Shown here: positions 50,489-62,063 of the stretch, in pieces
Layout: each line of letters opens with the position of its first letter
Numbering within the stretch: position 1 is the first letter of the stretch
Origin: Macrostomum hystrix
Taxonomy: Eukaryota; Animalia; Platyhelminthes
Direction: 5' to 3'
Assembly (NCBI GenBank): GCA_950097015.1
Contig: CATNEN010000001.1
Location: 23,498,001 to 23,562,000, forward strand
DNA length: 64,000 nucleotides
The notes under the pieces: model-generated
What the model was told of the DNA's origin: nothing
The model's input: the letters and a program-made list of their open reading frames with translations, nothing else
Databases searched by the model: none
Position numbers and translations under genes: made by a program

Positions 50489-52124
50489 CTGGATCAGTAC
50501 CAACCAAGCTCAGCAACTGCCTGCTGATGCCTAATGATTTAATTTTTCTGTTGAATTTTTCAAAGTACAGTGCAAGTCCATGCTATCTAAAAATATTAGC
50601 CTATACAGAAAAACAATTTCCTTTTATCGGTGCAGAGCCGACACTGCCACCCACACACTGGCTGGTTCTCTTTTGAAATAAATGCAACCGTTTTTTCAAA
50701 AAAACACCACACAGTCTGTTTGATGTTTTTACGTAAAATTCTTCAGATTCTTTGAAAGCTGAGAAGTCGAAGTCAAGATTTTTTCCATTGCGCCGATTAA
50801 GGACATTGTGTGAAGGGTAGAATCTGTCTAGGTTTGGGATTTGAATGCGCAAAAATTGCGGCCACAAAACCATAAAGAGAGACTGCAATGTCGGATGATA
50901 GACAGGTGGAACAGACCACGCGTGGAGGGTGGTGAAGAACATGTAACGAGTCTGCCAAACGAGAGCATTTTTAGACTGGCGAACTGTCCAGCGTCTCCAT
51001 TAGACAGTTGGTACCGACGCATGTCAAGAAATTTCAAGTAACGATACCCTGCCTTTTTAATAAAATTGTAGCCTGCATGCATCTTAGAAGAAGCATGAAA
51101 TCATCGCATTTTCAGAGTAACCTTTGCTGGCTTGATTGTAAGAGGGCCCAGCTGAAAAGCCCGTCCACCATCTTGTGCCGGGATACCAACGTGATCCGGA
51201 CCGAAAGCTACTGCCCTGAACTTCTTTAAGAAGTCCTGCTGCTCACTTTGCAGGGCCCGATCAGGAGCGCAAGTCCGAATTCGAAAGTACGTGGACTGCA
51301 TCCTGAGCGACACCAGATAGCCTTACACCGACAATGGACTGTATTTCAACTGCCTCCCAAGGTTCCCCAGTTTCACCTGCACCAGATTTTGACGCTAAAA
51401 TCTGCGACTATCAAACAGCATAAATTGTTGTTTGTCGTTGTTCTTATACGAGCTATACAAAAGCAACAGCTGTGTCGTTACTGAATTTTAGCTTCAGGCA
51501 TACAAGTGGTGTCAACGTTTGTATATTTCTTAATCTTCCGCGTGCCGTTCACAGCTTTCCGGCGTTTCATGCTCAAATGCTAGGAATTTTAGTCTTGACA
51601 GCACACCCAAAACCCTTGTCTGTGCGCAACTCGTGAACTTCGCCCAAGCCACCCCTGCCAATGAGGCGAACAGAATAACAGATCCAGCAATGGAGGACAA
51701 CCAGGTCTTATCGGGATTCAACGATCAAGCGAGTTGAAACGAGCGTCATGGCAACGAAATGAGAATTTATTGCCGAAGCAGGTATTTTATTGCCGAGAAA
51801 TAGTAATTTATTTTACAATAAGCCTGTCAAAAATACTACTATACGTTTTCAAAACTAGAAGCCTAATGCTTAAGGAAGAACCGCTATTCAACGAGACTAG
51901 GAAAATATGGTATCATTGACTACGCGTGCACAAACGCTGATAATGAGCCTCCGTAATACGAGCTCATGCTTGCTTTGTCTCGAACCTTATTATGTAATGA
52001 AAATTTTATAATTTGTATGTTTATTTTTAAATTCGCTGTAAAATGAAAATGCGTCATAAAACTGACACTGCGCTTCTCATACTGTACACTGCACTCATAC
52101 CAGTTAGACACGATGTACAGCCTG

Positions 52125-52335
52125 TGACAGCCGCAGTGACCGTACAGTGTTTCCAAAGGCTGCGTACAGGTTTTCAGTCCGTGGACAGGGGAGGCCGTCA
52201 AACCTACCCACGTTTCCAACCCCGTTTAATGCTGGTTATCAATTTAATAGCTGGGTCAACTAAAACTGTTAGGAAATTAAGAATCTTTCGCAAGGACGCA
52301 AAGCACTACCTCGGGCTGAGATTCGAACTCTCAAT
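52125..52335 (-). mobile_element. Degraded SINE family B copy
   Basis: Blocks AAGGCTGCGTAC, CAGTCCGTGGAC, TAATGCTGG, CAAGGACGCAA and GAGATTCGAAC occur in the reverse-complement order of the 36220 copy. Confidence 0.6.
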
Positions 52336-52967
52336 TAACATTTTAGAAGGGTACTTCGTTAGCAAAAAAATGAAGTCAAACAGCAGCAAAAATTAATCCA
52401 TTTGAACAACCAAAAGTTGAGATGGCACACAACCTGTCTAATCAGAAAGATCTTATGTATTATCTTATTCCTTTAAACTAGCATACAACAACATGGCCAA
52501 AAACTGGCAGCCAATGCATGTTGGCAAACAATCCCAAGGGAGTAGCAACTGGAGAGAAACCATTATAACTAAATATAAAAGTTTTTGCTTAAACTGCGAC
52601 AACAAAGCTCATTTTCGCTCTCAAGCCCCCCAATGACGGCCCTGTGCAGCAATGACTGCATGCGTCAGTAATTGTTCTGATCATTCAGTCAAGAAACTCA
52701 TGGGCTTGATTTCCATCACCTGCTGGACCTGCAAAGTTTTTAACATAATATTTAGACCAGTAGAAGTAGTAAAATATTTTCATTTCAAATGAGGTTAAGG
52801 AATCCCGCAAGGAACACCTGAAGCCCGATGATCATGTTTCGGGGGTCTGTGAGTATCGGTACTGATTCGAACAGATTTTTACTGATCGGTTACAACAGCA
52901 TAAACTTTTACGACAGACTTATTATTTTCTGAGAGCCTTTAGAGTGCAATATAACGCAGCTCACCCT

Positions 52968-55900
52968 TTAAAAGGTACTCCTGTTGTCAGAAGGGCGCTT
53001 CCTTCTGCGACTACGAGAATTGACAAACGGACGGCTTCCCTCGTACAGGCGAGATCTCAGGAACTCCTGTACACGCCTAGCAGCGTCGAAGTCCGCTAAG
53101 CTGACAACCTGTCCAGTTGAGGCGTTGCCCGATCGCTCAATGCTACTCGCACTCCTGGCTTCACTACTTTCAAATTCACGAGATCTGCCGCTGAAAATCA
53201 CCAATTCGTCAGTGGTGACGTAGTAGGTCTGGTTGGCATCGATGTTCAGAAATCTGCGATGGTGGCGGACGCCTCTAGATTCGTTATTTATTACAAATGA
53301 AAGGCCAGGTCGCTGACTGAAGAACCTTAGTTCGTCAACGGTTGAGAGAGAACCTCGAGGAGGCCGATCAAGGATCCTTAGCTCCTCATTGGCAGTTTGT
53401 GGACGCCTGTTGGTGTGCCTGCCATGACTAGTAGAATGGCTGCGACCAGAGTCACGGTAGTCATCAGTTGTATCATGAATTCTTTGAGGATCTCGACTAG
53501 CGAATCTAATCTCGCTAGTTGTGGTATGAGGTTCGAGTGAATGCCTGTCATTATAGTCATTATAATTATAGTTACAATTGAAATTTCTGAAACGGTCGTC
53601 TGTGCAGGCGTGAGGACCGCGATATCGGCGACTGTAGCGGCTGAACTGGTCGGTTGGAGCTCTAAATCCGCGAGACCGCTGGTTGAAGTCATCGAAGTCG
53701 TCGGTATGAGGCAGAAAGTTTCGAGATGAATGGCTGAATATTTGGTATTCTTGCTGATTAACATCAGAGTCGTCGAAATCTTCAGCAGAGGCCTGAAAGC
53801 CTTCGAACTCTTCACTAGTTTCTTGACGTTGCGAGTGATTAGCGCCCCTGAGCTCATAGACATGTGTCTGAAAGCCCTCGAGTCGGTTGCTCACAGCGTG
53901 TGAGTCAAGTGGAACGCCGTTGAAGCCTCCAAAATCATTAACTGAAAAGTAAGAACCATGCGGACGCTGACTGAAGCCTCTTAGGCTGCTGACACTAGAG
54001 TGAGAATTACGGTGACGCCGATCAAAGCCTCGTTGCTCGTCACGGTATGCATGAAAGTTGAGTGCAGAATGGTCCACGACTTCCAGTTCATTTACATCAG
54101 AATTTGAATCACGGTGATGCCGTCTCAAACCTCTGAAGTCATCAGATGATGCCTGAGATACACGCGGACGCTGTTTAGGACTTCTGAGGTCATCAAAAGA
54201 GGCCTGCAAGCCATTAAATTCATTATCTGAGACACGATACTCGTGAAAACGCTGACTGAAGCCTCTCATCACTTCATTTGAGTGCAATTCGCTTGGACGG
54301 TGACTGAAGCCTCTCATCACTTCATTTGAGTGCAATTCGCTTGGACGGTGACTGAAGCCTCTCATCACATCATTTGAGTGGGAGTCGCTTGGACGCTGAA
54401 TGAAGCCTCTCATCACGTCATTTGAGTGGGAGTCGCTTGGACGCTGAATGAAGCCTCTCATCACTTCATTTGAGTGGGAGTCGCTTGGACGCTGACTGAA
54501 GCCTCTCATCACGTCATTTGAGTGGGAGTCGCTTGGACGCTGACTGAAGCCTCTCATCACGTCATTTGAGTGCGAGTCGCTTGGACGCTGACTGAAGCCT
54601 CTCATCACGTCATTTGAGTGCGAGTCGCTTGGACGCTGACTGAAGCCTCTCATCGCGTCATTTGAGTGCGAGTCGCTTGGACGCTGACTGAAGCCTCTCA
54701 TCACGTCATTTGAGTGCGAGTCGCTTGGACGCTGACTGAAGCCTCTCATCACGTCATTTGAGTGGGAGTCGCTTGGACGCTGAATGAAGCCTCTCATCAC
54801 GTCATTTGAGTGCGAGTCGCTTGGACGCTGACTGAAGCCTCTCATCACGTCATTTGAGTGGGAGTCGCTTGGACGCTGAATGAAGCCTCTCATCACGTCA
54901 TTTGAGTGCGAGTCGCTTGGACGCTGACTGAAGCCTCTCATCACGTCCTTTGAGTGGGAGTCGCTTGGACGCTGAATGAAGCCTCTCATCACGTCATTTG
55001 AGTGCGAGTCGCTTGGACGCTGACTGAAGCCTCTCATCACGTCATTTGAGTGGGAGTCGCTTGGACGCTGAATGAAGCCTCTCATCACGTCATTTGAGTG
55101 GGAGTCGCTTGGACGCTGACTGAAGCCTCTCATCACGTCATTTGAGTGCGAGTCGCTTGGACGCTGACTGAAGCCTCTCATCACGTCATTTGAGTGGGAG
55201 TCGCTTGGACGCTGAATGAAGCCTCTCATCACGTCATTTAAGTGGGAGTCGCTTGGACGCTGACTGAAGCCTCTCATCACGTCATTTGAGTGCGAGTCGC
55301 TTGGACGCTGAATGAAGCCTCTCATCACGTCATTTGAGTGCGAGTCGCTTGGACGCTGACTGAAGCCTCTCATCACGTCATTTAAGTGGGAGTCGCTTGG
55401 ACGCTGACTGAAGCCTCTCATCGCATCATTTGAGTGCAAATCGCTTGGACGCTGACTGAAGCCTCTCATCACGTCATTTGAGTGCGAGTCGCTTAGACGT
55501 TGACTGAAGTTTCTCATCGTGTCATTTGAGTGGGAGTCGCTTGGACGCTCACTGAATCCTCTCACCACGCCAGCAGCTGAACGGGAGTGGCGTGTAAGTT
55601 GACTGGAACCCCTTAACTCGTCTTTGAAGGGACAACAACTTCGGTTATTCTGATTGACTCTGTCCAGATTATTAATAGCAATTTCGGAGCCATCAAGACG
55701 CTTGCTCAAGCCTTTCCGATCCTCAGTGGAAGAGCGAGTCCAGTTTGGACGCTGGCCAAAGCTTTCGAAGTCACAATTTGTGACTCGAGACTGGCTTCGA
55801 CGCTCGTTAAAGCCTCCAGGCTCATTATTAATGCCATTAGAACGTTCAGGGTGCTGCACAAAGCTTCCAAGCTCGCCTATGGAGTCGTAAGAGGCGCAAA

Positions 55901-56039
55901 GGCGTTGATTGGAGCTTATGAGATAACTACCGTTGGTGCTGGAACTGCGAGGATGCTGACTGAAGCCTCCCAATGTAGCACCGTTATTGCGCTTATGTGG
56001 CTTATCAAGTTCCAATTCACCGAAGTGAGGACCACGCTT
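52968..56039 (-). CDS. Large terminal exon (~1020 codons) encoding a low-complexity Arg/Ser/Phe/Asp repeat protein with ~27 near-identical 16-aa units embedded in degenerate 17-aa units
   Basis: 3.1-kb stop-free frame extending about 1.7 kb beyond the DNA tandem array (54245-55565). Protein-level 17-aa periodicity persists where the DNA repeat has decayed. Candidate acceptor TCTACAG precedes 56039. Confidence 0.75.
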   Translation of the reverse strand, partial: KRGPHFGELELDKPHKRNNGATLGGFSQHPRSSSTNGSYLISSNQRLCASYDSIGELGSFVQHPERSNGINNEPGGFNERRSQSRVTNCDFESFGQRPNWTRSSTEDRKGLSKRLDGSEIAINNLDRVNQNNRSCCPFKDELRGSSQLTRHSRSAAGVVRGFSERPSDSHSNDTMRNFSQRLSDSHSNDVMRGFSQRPSDLHSNDAMRGFSQRPSDSHLNDVMRGFSQRPSDSHSNDVMRGFIQRPSDSHSNDVMRGFSQRPSDSHLNDVMRGFIQRPSDSHSNDVMRGFSQRPSDSHSNDVMRGFSQRPSDSHSNDVMRGFIQRPSDSHSNDVMRGFSQRPSDSHSNDVMRGFIQRPSDSHSKDVMRGFSQRPSDSHSNDVMRGFIQRPSDSHSNDVMRGFSQRPSDSHSNDVMRGFIQRPSDSHSNDVMRGFSQRPSDSHSNDVMRGFSQRPSDSHSNDAMRGFSQRPSDSHSNDVMRGFSQRPSDSHSNDVMRGFSQRPSDSHSNDVMRGFSQRPSDSHSNEVMRGFIQRPSDSHSNDVMRGFIQRPSDSHSNDVMRGFSHRPSELHSNEVMRGFSHRPSELHSNEVMRGFSQRFHEYRVSDNEFNGLQASFDDLRSPKQRPRVSQASSDDFRGLRRHHRDSNSDVNELEVVDHSALNFHAYRDEQRGFDRRHRNSHSSVSSLRGFSQRPHGSYFSVNDFGGFNGVPLDSHAVSNRLEGFQTHVYELRGANHSQRQETSEEFEGFQASAEDFDDSDVNQQEYQIFSHSSRNFLPHTDDFDDFNQRSRGFRAPTDQFSRYSRRYRGPHACTDDRFRNFNCNYNYNDYNDRHSLEPHTTTSEIRFASRDPQRIHDTTDDYRDSGRSHSTSHGRHTNRRPQTANEELRILDRPPRGSLSTVDELRFFSQRPGLSFVINNESRGVRHHRRFLNIDANQTYYVTTDELVIFSGRSREFESSEARSASSIERSGNASTGQVVSLADFDAARRVQEFLRSRLYEGSRPFVNSRSRRRKRPSDNRSTF

Positions 56040-56567
56040 CTGTAGATTTAGATATGATTGAGAATTTGATTTATTAACGCGTTTTAAGAACTGTATAACT
56101 TTACACAAAATTATCCACATTTAGAACTCGCACAAAGGTAGTCAATAAAAATATTCTTAAAGGCCTCATTCTCACCCTTGAAATGAAACCACAGGCGCCT
56201 CCACTAGTTAATTCTTGCGATTGGTTCATTGTGGGCGGAGTAAGCAACTGAAATTAAGGATAAATTAAGACGTTGAAAATAACGTCAAAGTGCATCAATC
56301 TATTTAAATACGAGAATACGATCGAGTTTAACGTTAAACTCTTAAAGTCTTAAGAGTTTAACAAGGGAAAACTTAGAAACAATTCTCAAACTGAAGAGCC
56401 ACTATCGCCGCTTCTGCTAATCCAGGAGGCTGTTGCCAAGTGGCGTACACCCAACCGAAAAGTCTGAATTTCAAATCTTAATCTAAGTTTGCTTACCCAT
56501 CGCTTTATTTTAACCAGCCATAAAGTTTATACCCGTATTAGCCTATAAAAATTGGGTGGTGGGTCAG

Positions 56568-56890
56568 ACTCCCAGTCCGTGGACTCCCAGTCCGTGGACT
56601 CCCAGTCCGTGGACTCCCAGTCCGTGGACTCCCAGTCCGTGGACTCCCAGTCCGTGGACTCCCAGTCCGTGGACTCCCAGTCCGTGGACTCCCAGTCCGT
56701 GGACTCCCAGTCCGTGGACTCCCAGTCCGTGGACTCCCAGTCCGTGGACTCCCAGTCCGTGGACTCCCAGTCCGTGGACTCCCAGTCCGTGGACTCCCAG
56801 TCCGTGGACTCCCAGTCCGTGGACTCCCAGTCCGTGGACTCCCAGTCCGTGGACTCCCAGTCTGTGGACTCCAAGTCCGTGGACTCCCAG
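56568..56890. repeat. 15-bp tandem array (CCCAGTCCGTGGACT)n, ~21 copies
   Basis: Direct periodicity; each unit contains the inverted repeat AGTCC-GT-GGACT. Confidence 0.96.
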
Positions 56891-57018
56891 CTCTGCAGGC
56901 AGTGGCTCTGCCACTCGCTGCACACCAAACCAGACTGCCCTAGGTGTAATTTCTATCGTAATTTGTTTCATTCTAGTTTTCTGTACACTTAATTGAAATA
57001 CTTGATTTCCTGCAGTAC

Positions 57019-58678
57019 CGTGCATCCTATAAACGGCACGCCGGGTTGCTGACAAGTTGGCTCCGACATCTCCTCGGAGGTGGCATTGCTCAGCTCAGAA
57101 TCGTCAGACAAGCCGACTGGGCTGGCAGTCTCGCGTCTATTGTTAGGCCTGTAAAGATTTAGCAACTTAAAATGTGAATGAACAGACAAAAAATGAGGCG
57201 TTACTTCCTGATCCTATAGTTCAACAGACAAAAAATGAGGCGTTACTTCCTGATCCTATAGTTCAACAGACAAAAAATGAGGCGTTACTTCCTGATCCTA
57301 TAGTTCAACAGACAAAAAATGAGGCGTTACTTCCTGATCCTATAGTTCAACAGACAAAAAATGAGGCGTTACTTCCTGATCCTATAGTTCAACAGACAAA
57401 AAATGAGGCGTTACTTCCTGATCCTATAGTTCAACAGACAAAAAATGAGGCGTTACTTCCTGATCCTATAGTTCAACAGACAAAAAATGAGGCGTTACTT
57501 CCTGATCCTATAGTTCAAGTGCAGAAAGCTTTAAATCTCACCCAGAAGCCGGCTCAACCCGATTGAACTGCAGCACTTCTTTAGTCAGCTTATTCAGCGC
57601 TAACACCTCCGGCAGGCTGGACCGACTTTGGGCCTCGCGAACAACGCTCCTGTGCGCTACTCTCAGGTGCTGCGTCAGTTGTGAGGGCGGGAGCCTGGTC
57701 GTGCAGAACAGGCACTTGAGCAGCTGGTCGGCGGTATGCTCAGCTGAATGATGAGAATCGACGCTGGAGACATCCTGAGTTGAAAAGAGTAGATAATAGA
57801 AAATAGGTACCTTGGTCTGAAATATTCAATACGAGACCCATTATAACTGCTTATGCAAATGTTTTGGAAGCAGGTTTCTGGCTTCTGACTGTGGATTTTG
57901 ATCCTCGGACTACATAGATACTAAAATATGTAGGTAGTTCCGTTGATGAGACTGAAAAATCAGTATTCAAGATTTCATAATCGGAACAGATTAATTATGC
58001 TCGGTTTGAGTGACAGAATCGCAGCTCTCACCGTGTTAATATCAGATGCTAGTGGCTCCAGTTCCTCTCCGATGGCTTGCTCAAAGCTGGCGCCGCTCAA
58101 TAGGGCGCTTGGTGGGTTGGACGAGGCACCGTGGCTAGCGCCCGCTGAGCTGTCCGAGGGCATGTGCGAGAGATACAGACAACGTAAATTCACTACTAAA
58201 TAAGATTCGAGTTCAATGAGAGCCTATAAAAATTATTAATTAAAAAAGCACTGATGCGACCTTTGGTGCCCAGTCGCAGCACTCGCAAGAGAAGTGCAAA
58301 TGGACGCATGAAGGTGAAGGCAAGTACTTATAGCTATTACGATAATGCGGCTCAGGGCAGAATCTGTGAGCTCAATGGAAAAGCTCCCAAGATAACAATA
58401 GAGCAGCAGATCTCACCGTCCTGTATCATTCAACTGGTTGTACTCCAGAACTTCAAGAGTCAGTCTAGCTACTGCCACCCCAGCCGATAAGCCGGCATTG
58501 TGCACAGCCTCCTGGATTAAGCTGGCATGCGCTGAATGCAGATGCTCGGACAGGCTGTCGAATGTGAATTTTGCCGAACAGAAAAGACAGTTCAGAATGT
58601 TGTCTTCCGACTGTTGGTCCTCCTCTTCTGGTTTATCACGGCCATCAGAGAAATTCTTGTAATGAGAGTTTAGGCGCG
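57019..58678 (-). CDS. Exons 58417-58678, 58032-58149, 57542-57774 and 57019-57148 of an unrecognised gene with two C2H2 (C-x2-C-x11-H-x4-H) plus helix modules; probably spliced to the 52968-56039 exon; 5' end unresolved
   Basis: GT-AG junctions with matching phases (2,0,2,0). Translations ILNCLFCSAKFTFDSLSEHLHSAH..LTLEVLEYN and LLKCLFCTTRLPPSQLTQHLRVAH..LTKEVLQFN are mutually homologous. Confidence 0.68.
57181..57518. repeat. Perfect 42-bp tandem array (8 copies) filling most of an intron
   Basis: Unit AACAGACAAAAAATGAGGCGTTACTTCCTGATCCTATAGTTC. Confidence 0.96.
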
Positions 58679-61600
58679 CTAAATAGAATTTAAAATTGTT
58701 TACAAGTAAATGACAATATATTTTTGCATTGTTAATCTAACTCTTTTTGGATTGTATATTTAAGAGTATGGTGGGACTTCGAATTTGAGCTGGAATATAC
58801 ATTTTAGGTAGGCAGTCAGGAGATTGGTAATATAAGATAATTTTGCTAGCTGTCGTGTTAATTACAATTAGAGTTTCCACATATTGTTGTCTAAAGCATT
58901 AAACATTATCATCTGTCCGGGCCTTCATGAAATTGCGTGCAATAATGTCGAATGTCTATGGTCGAGCCCGATTCGTTGCAACATAAATAGTGTGCTGTTA
59001 ATGCATTTCTGTGCTGTTTACGGGCAGTACATTACATATTTAAATGTTTTCAGTTGCGTAAATGTCGAACGTCTATGGTCAAAGGTCAGGTGGAGCAACG
59101 GAGCGAAAACATTGGACTTTTCTCTCCGTGCCATAGACCATTAACGCACGCAAAAGCCTTGTGTGAATCTATCATTCACCTACCAGTAATCTTTGATTGT
59201 CTCTTGAGTCAGAGTTTGATCCGAAAGCTCCAAAAGTTCACAGTAAAGATTACTATGGAGGTCGAATTAAGGCTTGTCTTGGGAAGCTTGTGTTTTTGTG
59301 ATGATTGTGACCATATAAATTGTTTGCATCCATGTAGTAGTAGTCTATTGATTAAGTAGTCCTTGGTCAAAATATTGCATCAACTCTAGAGGCTTCGGAA
59401 CGTAATGGGGAGATATTTTCTGGATTGGACTTGCTTGAATTGGGTTATTTCGTACGTTAGCTTGGTCACTTTTTTATCGAGCAGAATTATTTTTATGAGG
59501 CGCATGAAACTGAGTACAGAATTGCACTATGCTGTGTCTACTACTTACAAAGTACAATAATATGCATGTAAATTCGGCTTCGTTTTTAAGTAAAGTTGAG
59601 CACAATGACAATCTCATAAGTCTAAAACTTACCGTTGACATATCCGACTATTGTAAGACGCCTACTGTTTAATTGTATTTCTATCGAGTGACGCCTGTCT
59701 GTCTAGCAGGGGCCTGATGCTGTGCAAATACGAGTGCAAAATTCAATAGGACTTTCAATAATTAATGCACAGCACAATTGATACTCGCAACACTTAATGA
59801 AGTCCTGAGTGCAAGTTTACAAAGTGAATTTTACTCGCATCTTTTATCGCATAGTCTAAGTCTTTAACGCCAGCCACCCCTTTCCCAGCGCTTATTTTGC
59901 CAAGTGTACTTTGTGGGCTACAGCTTTCTATTTCATGGGGTGGGGTTTGCGGTTAGAGGTCTGAAATTGAATGCACATTTCAACAAGCCGTGCGCACGCT
60001 CCGATCTTTAGTGGGTGGCAAAGTCTGAAAAATTGGGTGGGTTGCGCTGCGCGGGTTGAAAACCCCATGCCCCCACCCCACGCCGGCTCTCTCCCCCGTT
60101 TAAAGCTCAAAGCCTGTAAGTAAAAGTTCAATATCGATTTATTTTCCTAGGACATAGACCTTACATTAGCGTATTTAAAATCTATGTCCTAGCCCAGCTA
60201 GTCACTTATCTTCAGCTTTTTTAAATGAATGCAAACTACTGCATTGCGAACGTACTTTTTAAGTGGGCTGCTACATGTAGAAGTGAATATTTAGTTTTTA
60301 GGTGAGCGTTATTTGAATGGAAAACTTAAGAATTTACGACCAAAAAATGCTGTCTTCGAAAATTAACTTTTAATCGCCATTTAATTCAACTGTCTAAAAA
60401 GCACCGATTTTATTCAATAACCTGCACTAAATTATGCAAATCATACAATCTAAGTTGACAACGCAGGGGTACCTTATTAATATATTCTGAACACTGATTA
60501 AAGTTTGTCTTTTGTTGCTTAGATCAGAGCCGAAAAATACATAAGTAGTATAAGTAGTATCCCAGACGAAAACATAATCTCGTTTCTTTCCCTCTTTGGA
60601 GTCAGGTTTTATAGTCAGTTTATATATATTTTTAATTATTTTAAATATCATATTACATTATCTCTACTTAAAGTAGCGTGAGTGGTCTAATAAGGTTTTT
60701 TCGAAAAATACTTTTATGTTTTGTAGTGACTAAAACACTATTCTTATCTAAGCAACGTCTGAGATTTCCTGTAGAGACCAAAACTGCATTGAGCGATACG
60801 CCAGCAAGCTAACTTGATGATATCTCGTCTATTTTTATATTGAGAGCCTCGAGCGCTGAGGGAATAGTATTTCAATGTACAATATGCAGCATATCTTATC
60901 TATTGCGCCAGATCCGAGGCAAAGGGAAGTAAAAGAACTGACTTGATTTCCATTAGATCTTTAGATATTTAGCTGGTGTCTCATCCAGCGTTGCGAATGC
61001 GACCTGCCTCCTCGGAATAGTATCATGATTAACAAGCGTTTTAGTCATGTACAATATCCCGCTTAAAACCTTCAGCACTGTATTTTGAGCACAGTTTTAC
61101 TGAAACACTTCGAGAACCATCCATTCAATTTCGGACAGCATGCACGCATTTTTACTCAACGCTGCCTCATCTATTCTTTAAAGCAAGTAGTTTTCAGTGC
61201 TCAGCAAAGTTTCCAGCCCTAAAATGTGAGGAATTTATTCAAGTAGGAATCGTGCTCAGCGACCATAGTAAATTTATTAAATGAATTATCTTGCTACACA
61301 TGAAAGTAAATATTACAATTTTCTAGAAAGCCAAAGCACAGCTAGCTTCAATTAGCCAGGAATAGCCTAGCTAATAGTGCTCTAAGAAAAGTATTTGCAC
61401 TCTATATAATTTACTGATTGGCACAGTCAGAATGTATTGCCGCCTTACAGTCAGTTTTAGCGATATTACTATGAGTCTCATGTGAGCACTTTGAGCGACT
61501 TAGGATGGGATATTGTACTGAGATGAAAAGAACAGGGTGACTACGAGTGCACTGCTGACAGTAGGAGGAATGAGTTCTAATGGGTAAGCTCACCTCATGA

Positions 61601-62063
61601 TATTATTTCAGGTAGAGCTACAGGCAATGGGCATAGCAATTTGGCACAGGGCTGAGTGGCGCGGCTTGTCGCAACTGCATGCGGGACACGCATGAGCAGC
61701 GATGCATGCGCAGCCTGTGGACTGAGGGGCTGTCGGCTTCAACAGCTGCAGGGCTTGGGAAGGAAATGCCAAGCCAGAGGCAGGGGCGTGCTGTTCGGCT
61801 TTGCAATTTGAGAATGCCCGCACCCCAATCAGCGCTCCCATTGGTCCTGGCCAAGGTGCCTGGCTTGGGCCTAGCACTAACACAGAGAGAGGTGGGAGAC
61901 AAGCGCTGCACTTCCTGGGTAGGATCTCACATTTCTAAATAAATCGAGTCACTTTATGCAGCAAAACAACACTGGTGAGACGCTGCATCTCGACATCTTC
62001 TGAGAGGTTTGCGAACACACACAAAGAGAGACTAGAAGAGAGCGTTTTAACCAGCTTCGAAGG

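Noticed and set aside
57746-57760. 15-bp match between this exon and the 21-bp array unit; also a 16-bp inverted match between 56418-56433 and 58505-58520
   Set aside because: Isolated short matches without flanking similarity; chance cannot be excluded.
59305-59345. Minus-strand YYMDANNLYG resembling a protein-primed DNA polymerase B motif
   Set aside because: Isolated ten residues in a short frame with no other polymerase motifs.
59930-60120. GC-rich segment with GGCAAAGTCTGA resembling RNase P CR-I
   Set aside because: No complementary CR-V (TCAGAC) found downstream.
60147-60192. 12-bp inverted repeat CTAGGACATAGA..TCTATGTCCTAG
   Set aside because: Single small hairpin with no second copy or TSD to support a MITE call.
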